Shown: positions 1-12,420 of the stretch, piece after piece | How the letters are laid out: every line of letters starts with the position of its first letter | Numbering within the stretch: position 1 is the first letter of the stretch | Source: Isurus oxyrinchus | Lineage: Eukaryota | Assembly (NCBI GenBank): GCA_026770705.1 | Contig: JANJGN010000042.1 | Coordinates: 6,076,001-6,140,000 of the forward strand | Direction: 5' to 3' | DNA: 64,000 nucleotides | Notes under the pieces: generated by a model | Databases searched by the model: none | The model's input: only the letters and a program-made list of their open reading frames with translations | Told to the model about the DNA's origin: nothing | Program-made: the position numbers and the translations under genes

Positions 1-509
1 TTCTGGGAATTAGAGGTCAGAAACGATGAATCCAAGAGTAACCCATTTCATCCAGTAGTTCTGCATGTCTCTCATTTTACATCTAAAATGTGCATGACAT
101 CGTCGGAGAGCAGAATGCTTGAGAACAACTCAGTGGTGCAACACACTTCCCAGTCCACGGATCGAAACCTGCAGCCCGGCAGCACTGGGGGCATTTTCCA
201 ATGGGCAGTGGACAAACTGGTTCTTCGTGGGCATAAGAAAGTCAGGTACTGAGCACACTTAAGCCAACAGAGCTATTACAAAGTGTCACCCGCTCTCAGG
301 CAACTTCGGGTTTGACATCGAAGCAACTTCATATCGTAGGGCCTTCAAAATCTTTCCCCAGCACAGCTCAAACTGTGATGTATGCGGGGATTTATAATAC
401 ACATATGTACAAAACTGCCTCTTTTAATTTGATCTTGGAATGTGAGGATTTTACAGGAACACCGTCCAGAATTTATTCACAGCAGCCACACCATAAACAA
501 GCATAATAG

Positions 510-1362
510 GACGATAAGGCATAACAATGCGTGGTGGAAAGATGGTGCAGGAGAGAGGGCTTTAGTTTGCTGGGGCACATGGACTGGCTCTGGTGGAGTT
601 GGCACCAGGACAAACCGGCTGGTTGCATCCGATAAGACCGAGAATAGGTTCCTTGGGAGGGTTTGAAACTTACTCGGCTGGGATGTTGAACCAGGGGAGC
701 GTATTAATGAGGAATATCAGGGTACACAAAATACTTGGAGACATATATAACGCCATAAAAGTGATTAATAAGTTAGTAGGTGGGGTTTCTGTGAGGGAGA
801 AAATAACAAATTCTAAATCATGTTTACTATACATGTATGTGAATGCGTGGTTTACAGTGAATACAATTGGGGAATTACAGACGCAGGTTGCCCGGTGCAA
901 ATATGATCTGTTGGCGATAGCAGAAACCTGGCTCAAGGAAGTGCAGAACTGGGTGTTAAACATTTCTGGTACAAGGTATTCAGAAAAGTTAGGTAAGGAA
1001 GGAAAGGAGGAGGTTGGCTTTATTGTTTAAGGAGACCGTTGCAGTGCTGGAGAAAGAGGATGTCCCACAGTGTCCAAGGACAGAATCAATTTGGCTAGAG
1101 CTAAGGAGCAAAAGAGTGCGATTACATTGGTGTACTCCATAGGCAGCCAGCTAGTGAGGAGGGCGTAGAATGACAAATCCCCAGGGATAATATGGAGGTT
1201 TGCAAGCATTATAGAGTAGTTTTAATGAGGGACTTCACTCACCCGAATGGAGACTGAGACAGTGGTAGTGTAAAAGTTGGAGAAGGGCAAATGTTGGTAG
1301 ATTGTGTTCAGGAAAGAATTACTACAGTAGTATGTGTCCAATCCAACAAGAAAAGAAGCACT
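510..1362 (+). mobile_element. Decayed CR1-clade LINE, 5' part (ORF1 remnant and ORF2 APE endonuclease), interrupted by a Penelope-like element
   Basis: Translation LYMYVNAW..NTIGELQ...KYDLLAIAETWL resembles the N-terminus of the CR1 endonuclease. YVSNPTRKEA resumes as LLDLFPGNEVGQV after 4658. Many stops and frameshifts. Confidence 0.85.
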
Positions 1363-1412
1363 TTTTTTGTTTTTATCTCTGTGTTTAATTGACTGCCACT
1401 GCTCTTCAAGAA

Positions 1413-4156
1413 ATGCTTAACTTGAAGAAGTTCTGTCCGTCTCTGCGACAAGATTTCTGTATCTCTCTTTTGCCTTGCTCACATTCTTTGCTTTCCATTT
1501 CTCTCCTGGTGTTTGACAAGGTGTTTACTAAAAGCCGCTTTCACAGCCATATCTCCTTTCTCAGTGACTGTCTCCATCTCCGACTTACCCCACGTGGATT
1601 TCAACTGAAATTCCACCCCTCATGTTTCGAACCCACCCAGGATTACAGGTATCTCCGGGACATAAAACGTTTCTCGGACTGCTGTTCCCGTCACATTCTG
1701 AGATCCACACTCAGTGCCATGCGCCGCCATATGAACACACTCGACCTCTCCCTCCAGCAGCACCGCCGTACCCTTTTTCAAAGCTGCGCATGCCCCCAGT
1801 TTCATTTTACTGTTCGGCTCATCCGACGCCTCAACAAGAAACTTTTTCTCTTTCTCTCAAGTGCTAAGGAACGCAAGCTCCAACAACTCATCGACACCAA
1901 CACCCATCTAGGACCCTCCACCCCTGCCTGTCCCTCCGACCCCACTCCATCTTCTAATCCCAGCCCCAGCCGTGTATTCACTATACCCCCTGACCTTCCT
2001 CTCTCCGATGCTGAACGGTCAGTGCTCAGCAAAGGACTTAGTTTCATACCCTTACGCCCTCACCTCAATGAATTTCGGGCTTGGCATGATGCTGAACTCT
2101 TCGTCCGCCGTCTTCGTCTCTGGGCTCACATCTTTGGGCAGAGGTCCTCTCCCAGTTCAATGGATCCTTTCACCCACCTCCAATATTGTCCCTCCAACTG
2201 GACCCCTCCCTTTGGATTCTTACGTTCTCTTGATCTTTTCATTGAGAACTGTCGGTGCGACATGAGTCATCCTAATTTCTCTGCTCTTCTCACTCATTCT
2301 CATCTCTCTCTCTCTGAACTGACTGCACTCCGTTCTCTCAGGTCCAACCCTGACATTGTCATCAAACCCGCTGACAAGGGTGGTGCTGTTGTTGTCTGGT
2401 GCACTGACCTCTACCTCGCAGAGGCTGAGCGTCAATTCGCAGATGCTTCCTCCTACCACTCCCTGCACCATGACCCCGCCACTGAACATCAAATCATTGT
2501 TTCCAGGACTGTCACTGACCTCATCTCCTCTGGGAATCTTCCACCCACAGCTTGCAACCTGATAATCGCCCAACCTCGGACGGCCCACTTCTATCTCCTA
2601 CCCAAAATCCACAAACAGAACTGCCCCAGTAGACTGATCATGTCAGCTTGCTCCTGCCCCACAGAACTCATTTCTCGTTATCTTGACTCCCTTCTCTCTC
2701 CCCCTGTCCAGTCCCCTCCCACATACATCCGTGATTCCTCTGACACCTTACGTCACATCAACAATTTCCAGTTCCATGGCTCCAACTGCTTCCTCTTCAC
2801 CATGGACCTCCAATCCGTCTACACCTCCATCCCCCACCAGGATGGTCTGAGGGCCCTTAGCTTCTTCTTTGAACAGAGGCCCAAACAATCCCCATCCACC
2901 ACTACTCTCCTCCGTCTGGCTGAACTTGTTCTCACACTGAACAATTTCTCCTTCAACTCCTCTCACTTTCTCCAAATAAAAGGTGTGGCTATGGGTACCC
3001 GCATGGGCCCCAGCTATGCCTGTCTCTTTATGGGGTATGTGGAACATTCCTTGTTCCAGTCCTACTCCAGCCCCCTTCCACAACTCTTTCTCTGGTACAT
3101 CGATGATTACTTCGGTGCTGCTTCATGCTCTCGTTGAGACTTGGAAAAATTTATTAATTTTGCTTCCAATCTCCATCCCTCCATCATTTTCACGTGGTCC
3201 ATCTCTGACACTTCCCTTCCCTTCCTTGACCTCTCTGTCTCAATCTCTGGTGATAGACTGTCCACCAATATCCATTACAAACCCACCGACTCCCACAGCT
3301 ACCTCGACTATCGCACCTCACACCCCGCTTCCTGTTAGGACTCCATCCAATTATCTCAGTTCCTTCACCTCCGTCGCATCTGTTCTGATGATGCTACCTT
3401 CAAAAACAGTTTCTCTGACAAGTCCTCCTTCTTCCTTAACCAACGTTTTTCACCCATGGTCGTTGACTGGGCCCTCAACCCTGCCCGGCCCATCTCCCAC
3501 ACATCTGCCCTCACGCCTTCTCCTCCCTCCCAGAAACATGATAGGGTCCCCCTTGTCCTCACCTATCACCCCACCAGCCTCCACATTCAAAGGATCATCC
3601 TCTGCCTTTTCCACCAACTCCAGCATGATACCACCACCAAACACATCTTCACTTCACCCCCCTTATCGGCATTCCGCATGTATCATTCCCTCCGGGGCAC
3701 CCTGGTCCACACCTCCATCACCCCCTACTCCTCATCCCCCTCCTATGGCACCACCCCATGCCCACGCAAAAGATGCAACACCTGCCCCTTCACTTCCTCT
3801 CTCCTCACCGTCCAAGGGCCCAAACACTCCTTTCAAGTGAAGCAGCATTTCACTTGCATTTCCCCCAACTTAGTCGACTGCATTCGTTGCTTCCAATGTG
3901 GTCTCCCCTACATTGGAGAAACCAAACGTAAACTGGGCGACCGCTTTTCAGAACACCTGTAGACTGTCAGCAAGAATGACCCAAACCTCCCTGTCGTAAC
4001 ACTCCACCCTGCTCTCTTGCCCACATGTCTGTCCTTGGCTTGCTGTATTGTTCCAGTGAAGCCCAACGCAAACTGGAGGAACAACGCCTCATCTTCCGAC
4101 TAGGTACTTTGCAGCCTTCCAGACTGAATATTGAATTCAACAACTTTAGGTCGTGA
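1413..4156 (+). pseudogene. Disrupted Penelope-like RT-endonuclease ORF
   Basis: ORFs 1389-3137, 3141-3338 and 3456-3962 are in one frame, broken by stops at 3135, 3336 and 3960. A probable small deletion/frameshift lies near 3997. Confidence 0.88.
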
Positions 4157-4556
4157 GCTCCCTCCCCCATCCTCACCCCCTTTCTGTTTCCCCCTTGCTT
4201 TTGTTTTTTCCAATAAATTATATAGATTTTTCTTTTCCAACCTATTTCCATTATTTTTAAATATTTTTAAATCTTTTATACACCCCCACCCCCACTAGAG
4301 CTATACCTTGAGTGCCCTACCATCCTTTCTTAATTAGCGCATTCGTTTAGATAATATCACCAACATTAACACCTATGTGTACTTTTGTTCTGTTGTTTGT
4401 GACACCTTTTGATGATCTGCTTCTATTACTGCCTGTTTGTCCCTACAACCACACCAACCAGCTCCACTTCTCTTTCTCTTCCCCCATCCAATCCACACCC
4501 CCCCCCCAACACACCTTAAACCAGTTTATATTTCACCCCTTTCGTGGACTCACTCA

Positions 4557-4595
4557 AGTTCTGTCGAAGGGTCATGAGGACTCAAAACGTCAAAT
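4557..4595 (+). ncRNA. Degenerate minimal hammerhead ribozyme motif at the PLE 3' end
   Basis: agtt-CTGTCGA-a-gggtc..gactc-AAAAC-GTC-aaat has the hammerhead layout, but both core boxes are mutated. Confidence 0.5.
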
Positions 4596-4657
4596 CTTTT
4601 CTTCTCCACTGATGCTGCCAGACCTGCTGAGTTTTTCCAGTTAATTTTGTTTTTGTT

Positions 4658-6033
4658 AAGAAAACAAGCACTGTTGGACCTGTTTCCTGGAAATGAGGTG
4701 GGCCAAGTAGATCCAGTGTCAGTGGGGGAACACTTCGGAGACAGTAATTTTAGGATTGTAAATTTTAGGATGATGAAAGAAAATGGCGACAGACAATCCG
4801 GAGTAAGAATATTTAGCCGCCATCGATGGGGCATTTAGGGAGCTGTGCCAGAGAGGCTGGAAGGAAAGATTGACGGGGAAAGAAGAAACTGGAGTGGAAC
4901 AATGAATTAACTTCAAAAAACAATTAGTTCACGCACAGTCAAGGTGTATCCCAATGAAAGGGAAAGGTGAAACGAACAAACCCAGAGCTCCCTAGATGTA
5001 TAAAGAGATAACATTTACGTTGAAGTAGAAAATATATGCTTATGACAGGTCGAACATACAATTGAGAAACAACAGGAATAGAGGAGATTCAGGGGGGAGG
5101 TGAAAAAAACAGAGTAGAAAAACGAAGAGGGGTTACCAGAAAAGGCTGGCAGCCAACACAAAGGGGAGTCACTAAGTCTTCTCTGGGCCTGAACATAGTG
5201 AAAGGGTATAAACGGAGGAGTTGGACCGATTTGCGAGCGAAAAAGGAATTTACACATGTCTGAGGTATTATGTGAACAATTTGCATTCGTCTTGACCTAG
5301 TTGTTAGAAGCTATCAAGGCCTTGGTGACAGAAAAGGAAACGCTGCCACTTGAACTGTTCTAATTGATAAGGGAAGTGCTGCATAGAATGTCGATACTTA
5401 AAGCTGTCAAGGTGCTGGTACACAATGAGGTGCGTCCAAGGATATTGAACGAAGCGAAATTGGAAACTGCAGGGGCACTGACCATAAATTTTCAGTCTTC
5501 CCTTGAATCAGGGGGTGAGGGGGAGGGCTGTGGTGGTGGGGGTGTGGGGGGGGTGGGGGGGGCGGTGTGAGGTGGGGCGGGCGCGGGGGCTGGTGGTGCC
5601 AGAAAGACTGGAGAATTGCAAACATTACTTCTTTATTCAAAAATGGTTGTAAGGGTAAACCCAGCGAATAAAGGCCAGTCAGTTCAACATGGTGGTGGGC
5701 AAGATTGTAGAATCAAATATTCGGGGTAGAATTAGCAGCTGCCTGGAAAAGTATGGGTTGATAAGGAAAAGTCAGCATCGAGTTCTTAAGGGGAAATCGT
5801 ATTTAACTAACTTGTGGAGTTGTTTGAAGAGGTAGCAGAAAAGGTCGATAGGGGTAATGCTCTTGATGTGGTGTACATGGACTTTCAAAAATCATTCGAT
5901 ACACTGCTAAACATCAGAATTGTGAGAAAATTAACTGCTCATATAATAATGGAGACATTGCAAAATGGATACAAAATTGGCTGAACAATAAGCAGCAGAG
6001 AGTAATAGTCAATGGACATTTTCCGGGCTGGAA
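4658..6033 (+). mobile_element. Decayed CR1-clade LINE, continuation (endonuclease end to RT)
   Basis: LLDLFPGNEVGQVDPVSVGEHFGDS, followed by RT remnants (cagcatcgagttcttaaggggaaatcg; gatgtggtgtacatggactttcaaaaa = DVVYMDFQK). Confidence 0.85.
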
Positions 6034-6901
6034 TGGTCTACAACTGCTCCAATACTCCATTGTTCATGTCTTCCAATGCAATTAATGCTAAATTATCTGT
6101 AGGCAATATAAAACGTTCTCCTTAAAACATTCAAAGTTAATCAAGAACATGAACATACAATCTCGCAAGGCGATTCGGGAGGTCCTGTACAAGTTGGCTG
6201 CCGAGATCTCTTTATAAACAATTCTCAAGGCGCAGGTTGGAGCTTAGGGTGTCTTCCCATCCGCATGATTTAATGTTTAAAAGCATGCAAACACTTTTCA
6301 AAATATTTTGAAATGTGTAAACCAATTGCAAAGTCTTGAAAAATACCTTTATTGTGTTTAGATGTATTTAAGGTTATAATAAAAGACGCAACAGCTTTTG
6401 AGCTGAATAGTGACCGCAAGACAAGTGTCTGGGGTTCGTTACCTCTTAAGAAGGCGCGATTTCGCCATGAATTCGGCCCTCTGCTGGTCTACGTCAATGT
6501 TTTACTCTGTGGGCCCTACAACAACCTAAGGTTGAAATCTTCGTGTCAGCCAATGAAGAAGGCAAATTTGCAGACAGCGTGGTCATTCCCAAACATGGCT
6601 GCTTTGACGCGGATGCAAAATGTCCAGTCCGTTTTTTGTTTAGAAAAACTTGCAGCTGGAATCATGCTGTAGCCTCTGGGCATTTTAGTTCAGAGCCTAG
6701 TCAGATTCCATGAAAAAAAATTGAATTGATCAACACATTAACAGCCGAGAAGCAGCTGCATTAATCTGTTTATTACAAAAAAAGGTAATACATTTTTAGG
6801 TAGATCAAACCATCTAATTATTTCCCTGGAGACTGAGATTAGGTGTAAAGGTGAGATTTCTTACAATGTAAGGTAGAACTTGCTCAGAGTTCCTAATCGG
6901 A

Positions 6902-6971
6902 ATGCACGTCTCACCAAAAAGCCTGTTGTTTGCCATTTACTATCCCGTCCTTGCTGCTATCGGGATTCCGG
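6902..6971 (+). pseudogene. Exon 1 of GPR139/GPR142-like class A GPCR pseudogene
   Basis: MHVSPKSLLFAIYYPVLAAIGIP, then a phase-1 GT donor at 6972. Splices in frame to 9026, giving the TM1 motif GIPANL. Confidence 0.8.
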
Positions 6972-8669
6972 GTAAAATTTTGTTGTTATTTCATAGTTTT
7001 GTGAATCATTGTTTAGATGCATTATTCCTTCAATTTTAACAGTAGGGTGTCTACACGGTCCTGAAATCCGTTCTCCCATCTAATGGGAAATAATTTTCAC
7101 ATTGATTGATATAAATTCATTACATTAGCTGACACCATTTCTCCACCATTTTTCCTCTACAACTGTATCATTCCTCCATGTTAACGGTGCGATTTCTTTT
7201 ATTGACACAGTTACTCGAAATTGATGGTTAAGTATCTCTCTCTTAGCAATGTGATGCTTTCCTCTTTGCTCGCATCGATCATTCACTTTAAAACTTCTCT
7301 TCCTTAATTATATGCTGACTTCCTAAGGCTGGACCCATTTAATCGGTTTAATTATACAGTTCATCCCATTTACCACCATCATCTTACGATGTCATTGTAC
7401 TTCAGCTGTGTTGCTGGCAGTATTACTTTACGTGCCTTCTCCTAATGTTGTCACGATGTAAAATGTGCTGTTGATAATGTCATTGTTCTGTTAACAATGC
7501 TGTTATGGGTAAATGACCGCAATGTCAAAATGGTGCAAATGCAGTTTTATTGTGTCACTTGGAAGGGTACCCTGGGTATATTTTCAGTCTGTTAACACAG
7601 TGTATATGCACTCCTGTTTTATTCACGCCTTCACTTCGAGAGAATTATCACACTGTTGTCACAATGTCCATGTTCATCTATTTAATTATTGCCACTGTTA
7701 ATTTGATTGAATTATCACATTACAGTCACTATGCAACTCGACACATATTGGGATTGACAATGATGGGTGTAATTAGCAGAAGTGAGATATTATTGAAATA
7801 ATTGTCCCATTTAGCAATTTCTCATTGAATTTAATTAATTTATATATTCTACAATAGCTTATTAGTGTTCGATGTATTGATAAATATACATGTAATGTAA
7901 AAATAGCACTTTGATGAATGATTGAATTTGTCTCAGTCGCACAAAGCAGTGTTTTTGGTTCTCAGTTTCTGACATTCGCTGCTTCAGCCCTGCACTCTTC
8001 TTCCGCATTAGCTCCTGCTAGTGGCTGTACATTTATGAGTGCTGAATCTGGGAAACCCTTCTGCTCCGAGCAGCAGGCAATATCCCGGAACATTCCCATC
8101 TTCATTGTCACGGCCAGACTGACTTAGGACACAAACTGGTCACATCGTTCTCATCTAAGGCACAGAGATTTGAGTCCAAGTAGCCACGAAAGCCCAAAAA
8201 TAATCATTTTTCATCGATGGTCCAGTGCAACGCTCAGGAAGTGCTACATTGTAGGAGTGTCTTTTTGTTGCAAATGAGACCTCATTCTCTCCCACTCTCA
8301 GTGGTTTGAATCGCACCAGAAGATTCTGGGTGATTATTAGCAGAAAAAGCCATGCTTAGCTCTGTGTATACCTATCATATCCTCTGCAAAGTCAGAGAAA
8401 CGCTGATTGTTCGGTCTCTCTTCTGAGGTTGATTTTATTTTTGATCACGTTGCCTGTCTCCTTTTATCCAAAGGATCAGTTTTAGAGCAATTCATTGTAT
8501 GTGACAACTGTTGACCATCCGTGAGTTGTGGTTCGATGTATTATTCGTTTCCACAACTGTTGTTGGTTGTCCTTTTTTGTCCACGTATTTATTTGCCAGT
8601 GTGTTATTTTCTTACACATTCGTTATTCTTGTGCTGGTCTTGATGTGTTTCGATGATTACTTATTTCTC

Positions 8670-8772
8670 AAATAAAACAGAGAATGCTAACAAATCTCAA
8701 AAGGCCTGGCAGCATCTTTGGAAAGAGAAATAGAATTAATATTTCGAGGCTGAATGGCTCTTCATCAGAGCA
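8670..8772 (-). mobile_element. Penelope-type 3' terminal fragment with hammerhead-like core
   Basis: The reverse complement reads CTGATGAagagccattcagcctcGAAATATt...agatgctgccaggcc, similar to 4560-4657. Confidence 0.6.
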
Positions 8773-9025
8773 GTTGCTTGTTTCTCTATTGGTTCTCATT
8801 ATATTATTGTGCATTCCATTACAGTCAGCCCACCTATCTGTTTTAACTTGAATGATTATTTCAATTGATTCTAGTGCAAATAGTACTTTGCAACTCACTA
8901 TCACACCTCTGATGTATAAATATCACACCAACTCCTGTTACATGGATGTTTTTGTTGGAATCCAAGCAGTAACTTTCCAGGTTTATCACTGTCACACACA
9001 CTTTTTTTTTCTCTATATATTACAG

Positions 9026-9978
9026 CTAACCTGATCGTAATCCTGTCTTGAAGAAGATGTGGTCTCTCTAAATGTGTCACCTGCTACCTGGTGTCTATGG
9101 CGGTGACAGATCTCATGGTCATGGTCACAGCTGTGATATTAAATTGGATTTCTGGGATCTATTTCCCATCCAGTTTCCTGTCCATCACACCAATATGCAG
9201 CCTCCGCATTGTCCTAATTTACATAGCCATAGACAGTTCTGTCTGGTTAACCGTTGCTTTCACCTTTGATCGATTTATGGCCATTTGTTGCCACAAGCTG
9301 AAAATAAAATATTGTACTGAGGAGATAGCGGCGTGGGTGATTGGAACTGTGTGCACAGTAACCTGCGTAAAAAACACTTTCTTGTATTTTGTATACGAAC
9401 CTATGTACATAATTAACAATGTGCCCTGGTTCTGAATCCTAAAATTAATGTTTTATACGTCATCTGCTTGGGCTGCTTATGATTTAATTCGTTCTATTTT
9501 AATGCCCTGTCTTCCATTCATTCTCATTTTACTGCTCAATGCTCTGACCGTCAGACACATTCTACTGTCCAATAGAGCCCGCAGGAGACTCTGGGCCCAG
9601 AGCAATGGAGAGAATCAGAGTGACCCGGAGACGGAGAAGTGGAGAAAGTCAATGGTTTTGCTTTTCGCCATCTCGGGCAGTTTCATCCTGTTATATTTGT
9701 TATTTTTTGTTACGATCCTCTACGTCCGGATTGCAAAGGTCATTTATTTCTCAGGTTCTGATTTCGATGGATCGACATTTAACCTGGAAGAAACTGGATA
9801 TATGCTTCAGTATTTGAGTTCCAGCATCAACCTGTTCATTTATGCTGGGACCCAGAGTAAATTCAGAGGTGAGTTAAAGAATGGGGTGAAATATCCACTG
9901 AGCCTATTTGTTAAAATGTTTAATTTTTTTAAATGTCGAAAATGCAACATGAATTCTGCATTAAACTCCAACATTTAA
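9026..9978 (+). pseudogene. Exon 2 of GPR139/GPR142-like class A GPCR pseudogene
   Basis: Pyrimidine tract and AG acceptor at 9024-9025. ANLIVILS*RRCGLS..YLVSMAVTD, SVWLTVAFTFDRFMAIC (DRF), LPFILILLLNALTVRHIL and INLFIY (NPxxY variant). One frame with premature TGA at 9049 and 9433. Confidence 0.9.
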
Positions 9979-10199
9979 ATTTCTAGTTCGTGGCCCACAC
10001 GGCCTCCCTTACAAGTTGCACACGTTTGTAGACCATTACCAGATCTATTGAAATGTATTAAGAACCTTGAATCTGCACACAAATCTGCATTGGAAACTGT
10101 CTTGCTGGAGTTCCACAAGTTCTTGCCTGTCGGGCCCTGACAGGCATTCCCAGCAACCTTGAGGGCGCCTGAAGCCAGAATACATTTCGGGCTTAGCAC

Positions 10200-11780
10200 C
10201 AACTGGCGCATGCAAGCACGAGATTTATATTATTCTTCCAAAGGATGCCACCCTCCCTGGAAAGGCCAGCAAACATTTGGCATCCATAAATATCCTTCCC
10301 AAGTCAGAGTCCTGGCTCTATGCACAGCCTAGGTATTCCTCCATTGCCCTCGCATTGGAGGGCATAGCATCTTGAAGCTGTGCCTGATGATTACGCACCA
10401 CCCACAGCTGCTTCAGTATCTGCCACCTCGGTGATGTCTCCAGATGTACTTGAGCATGCTGAATCGAAGCAACGCCCGGCCCTAACGTGTCTTCTGGGCA
10501 TAATTGGCACCTACTCCTTCACACCTCTGATGTGCTTTCCAAACTGTGACACTCTGACTGCTTCTATGCGATCATGCACCAACGTGGATCCACCTGCGCA
10601 GCAGACAAAGGAGAAAAGACGTGACTTACACTCTAAGAAAATTCTTTCTTGTCTTCCGATGCGGGATCTTCCTGCAGACGCCGATCTGGCTGCTGTTGTT
10701 CAAAACCTGCAAGAGATAGCAGCAATGAGAGGGCAGCAAGTCCGTCTGACTAGTCAAGATCTGGAACCCCTTCTGACTAATGGGTGACATGTGCACTTCA
10801 TGTTTTGTTCTCTGCAGAGGATCTCTTGCGCCGATGTTTTCATGCATTCACTCTCTTGGCGATCCACCTCCGTGTCATCATTAAAGATGTTCCACTTTGC
10901 CTTCATGCCTCACATATCCAAATCCTCTTCATTCACAGGCATGATGCTGGCCATGCGTGTCTGCTACCTCCAGTTCTTTCCTTTCCTTTGTATTGTGTTG
11001 GGCCTCAGCCTGCAAGAGAATAATTTACATTGTTGTTCGTCCATCAAAAGCCTGCCTCATGGCTATGGGTGTGGCAGTAATCTGTAAGTAATTGCTCCAC
11101 AAGCATGGCTTCTGCATGTGGCAATTAAGTACCCTTTGTACAGGGGTGGTCACTGCTTCACCATTGTGTTGCACAGAGAGGATAGCAGCATTACACAGGC
11201 AACAATGATTCTGACCAGATGTGCAGATCCTTCATCTGAATTCTCATTCGAAGCTGCCACCTCAATACTGTATGCTGCAGTTTCCTTGCTTCCCATCATT
11301 GCCCCTCGTTCAGCACTGCATTACTGCCCACTTCCACACTTATCCCCATGTTTGCCCGCTTGGCCAACGTCCCGGTAGTGCCGCGAAAGAACAGAAATTG
11401 CCTTTGAGGGTCTGCAAACTGGCAGCCATCAATAAGTCGAGGTGGACCCATTTCTCCGCCCTCTGCCAAGTCTACAGTGTCGCTATCCCTTGCTGTTTCC
11501 TCGGAGATGCTGTCTTTGAAAGTAATGCTGGTGCCCATGCATTTTGTTGGCAATCATATCTCCCCTGGTACTTCCTGTCGCACACAACTAGGAATTGAAG
11601 GAGCAGAAAGGGTGACATATTAGAGGTCTTACCTGCATGGTGGCCGATCACAGGTTAAACAAAGAACAGGAAATGCAATGCATATTTGCAGCTGGCCATT
11701 ATGATTGGAACAATGTGGGAAATCGCCAGCAAACACAGTTAGCCCTGTAGTACTGCCTGTATGAAGCAGAATACCATGTC
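10200..11780 (-). mobile_element. Possible highly decayed PIF/Harbinger-like transposon relic
   Basis: Only weak support: the minus-strand peptide LVRIIVACVML near 11190-11220 resembles the C-terminus of Harbinger transposases. Confidence 0.25.
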
Positions 11781-11794
11781 ACCCTTCTTACGAC

Positions 11795-12420
11795 TTTTTA
11801 AAAATTCATTCATGGAATGTGGAATTCGCTGCCTGGGCCAGCATTTATTGCCCATCTATAGTTGCCCTTGAGAAGGTGATGGTGAGCTGCCTTCTTGAAC
11901 CGCTGCAGTCCATGTGGTATAGGTACACCCACAGTGCTTTAAGGGAGGGGGTTCCAGGATTCTGACCCATTGACAGTGAAGGAATAGTGAAATACTCCCA
12001 AGTCAAGACGGTGAGTGGCCTGGAGAGGAATTTACAGGTAGTGGTGTTCCCATCTATCTGCTGCCCTTATCCATCTAGATGGTAGTGGCCGTGAGTTTGG
12101 AAGTACTGTCGAATGAGCCTTGGTGAAGTTCTGCAGTGCATCTTATAGATGGTACACACTGCTGCTACTGTGCTTTGGTGGTGGAGTGATTGAATGTTTG
12201 TGTATGTGGTACCAATCATGCGGTCTGAGTTGTCTTGGATGGTGTCAAGCTTCTTAAGTGTTGTTGGACCTGCACTCAACCAGGCAAGTGGAGAGCATTC
12301 AATCACATTGCCCTGTGCCTCGTAGATGTTTGGCAAGCTTTTTGGGGGGTGGGGTGGAATGGTGGGGGTCGGGGGCGGTCAGAAGGTGAGTTACTCATCT
12401 CACGACTCCTAGGCTCTGAC
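11795..12420 (-). mobile_element. LINE (CR1/L2-clade) 3' end
   Basis: Reverse complement of the tail ggactgcagcggttcaagaaggcagctcacc...gggcaataaatgctggcc. Peptide AGPTTLKKLDTIQD matches the copies at 17218 and 25807. Confidence 0.8.

Larger units (their letters stand above)
1363..4657 (+). mobile_element. Near full-length Penelope-like retroelement (RT + GIY-YIG), inactive
   Basis: RT motifs KPADKGGAVV, FYLLPKIHK, GVAMGTRMGPSYA and WYIDD. C-terminal CxxC plus CIRCFQCGLPYIGETKRKLGDRFSEH (GIY-YIG-type endonuclease). Flanked by a 15-bp direct repeat (1348-1362 / 4658-4672, one mismatch). Confidence 0.92.

Noticed and set aside
1-252. Open frame from the window start (FWELEVRN...KKVRY*)
   Set aside because: No recognisable domain or splice support.
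2983-3840. 285-aa Pro/Ser/Thr-rich ORF
   Set aside because: Alternate frame of the C-rich Penelope ORF.
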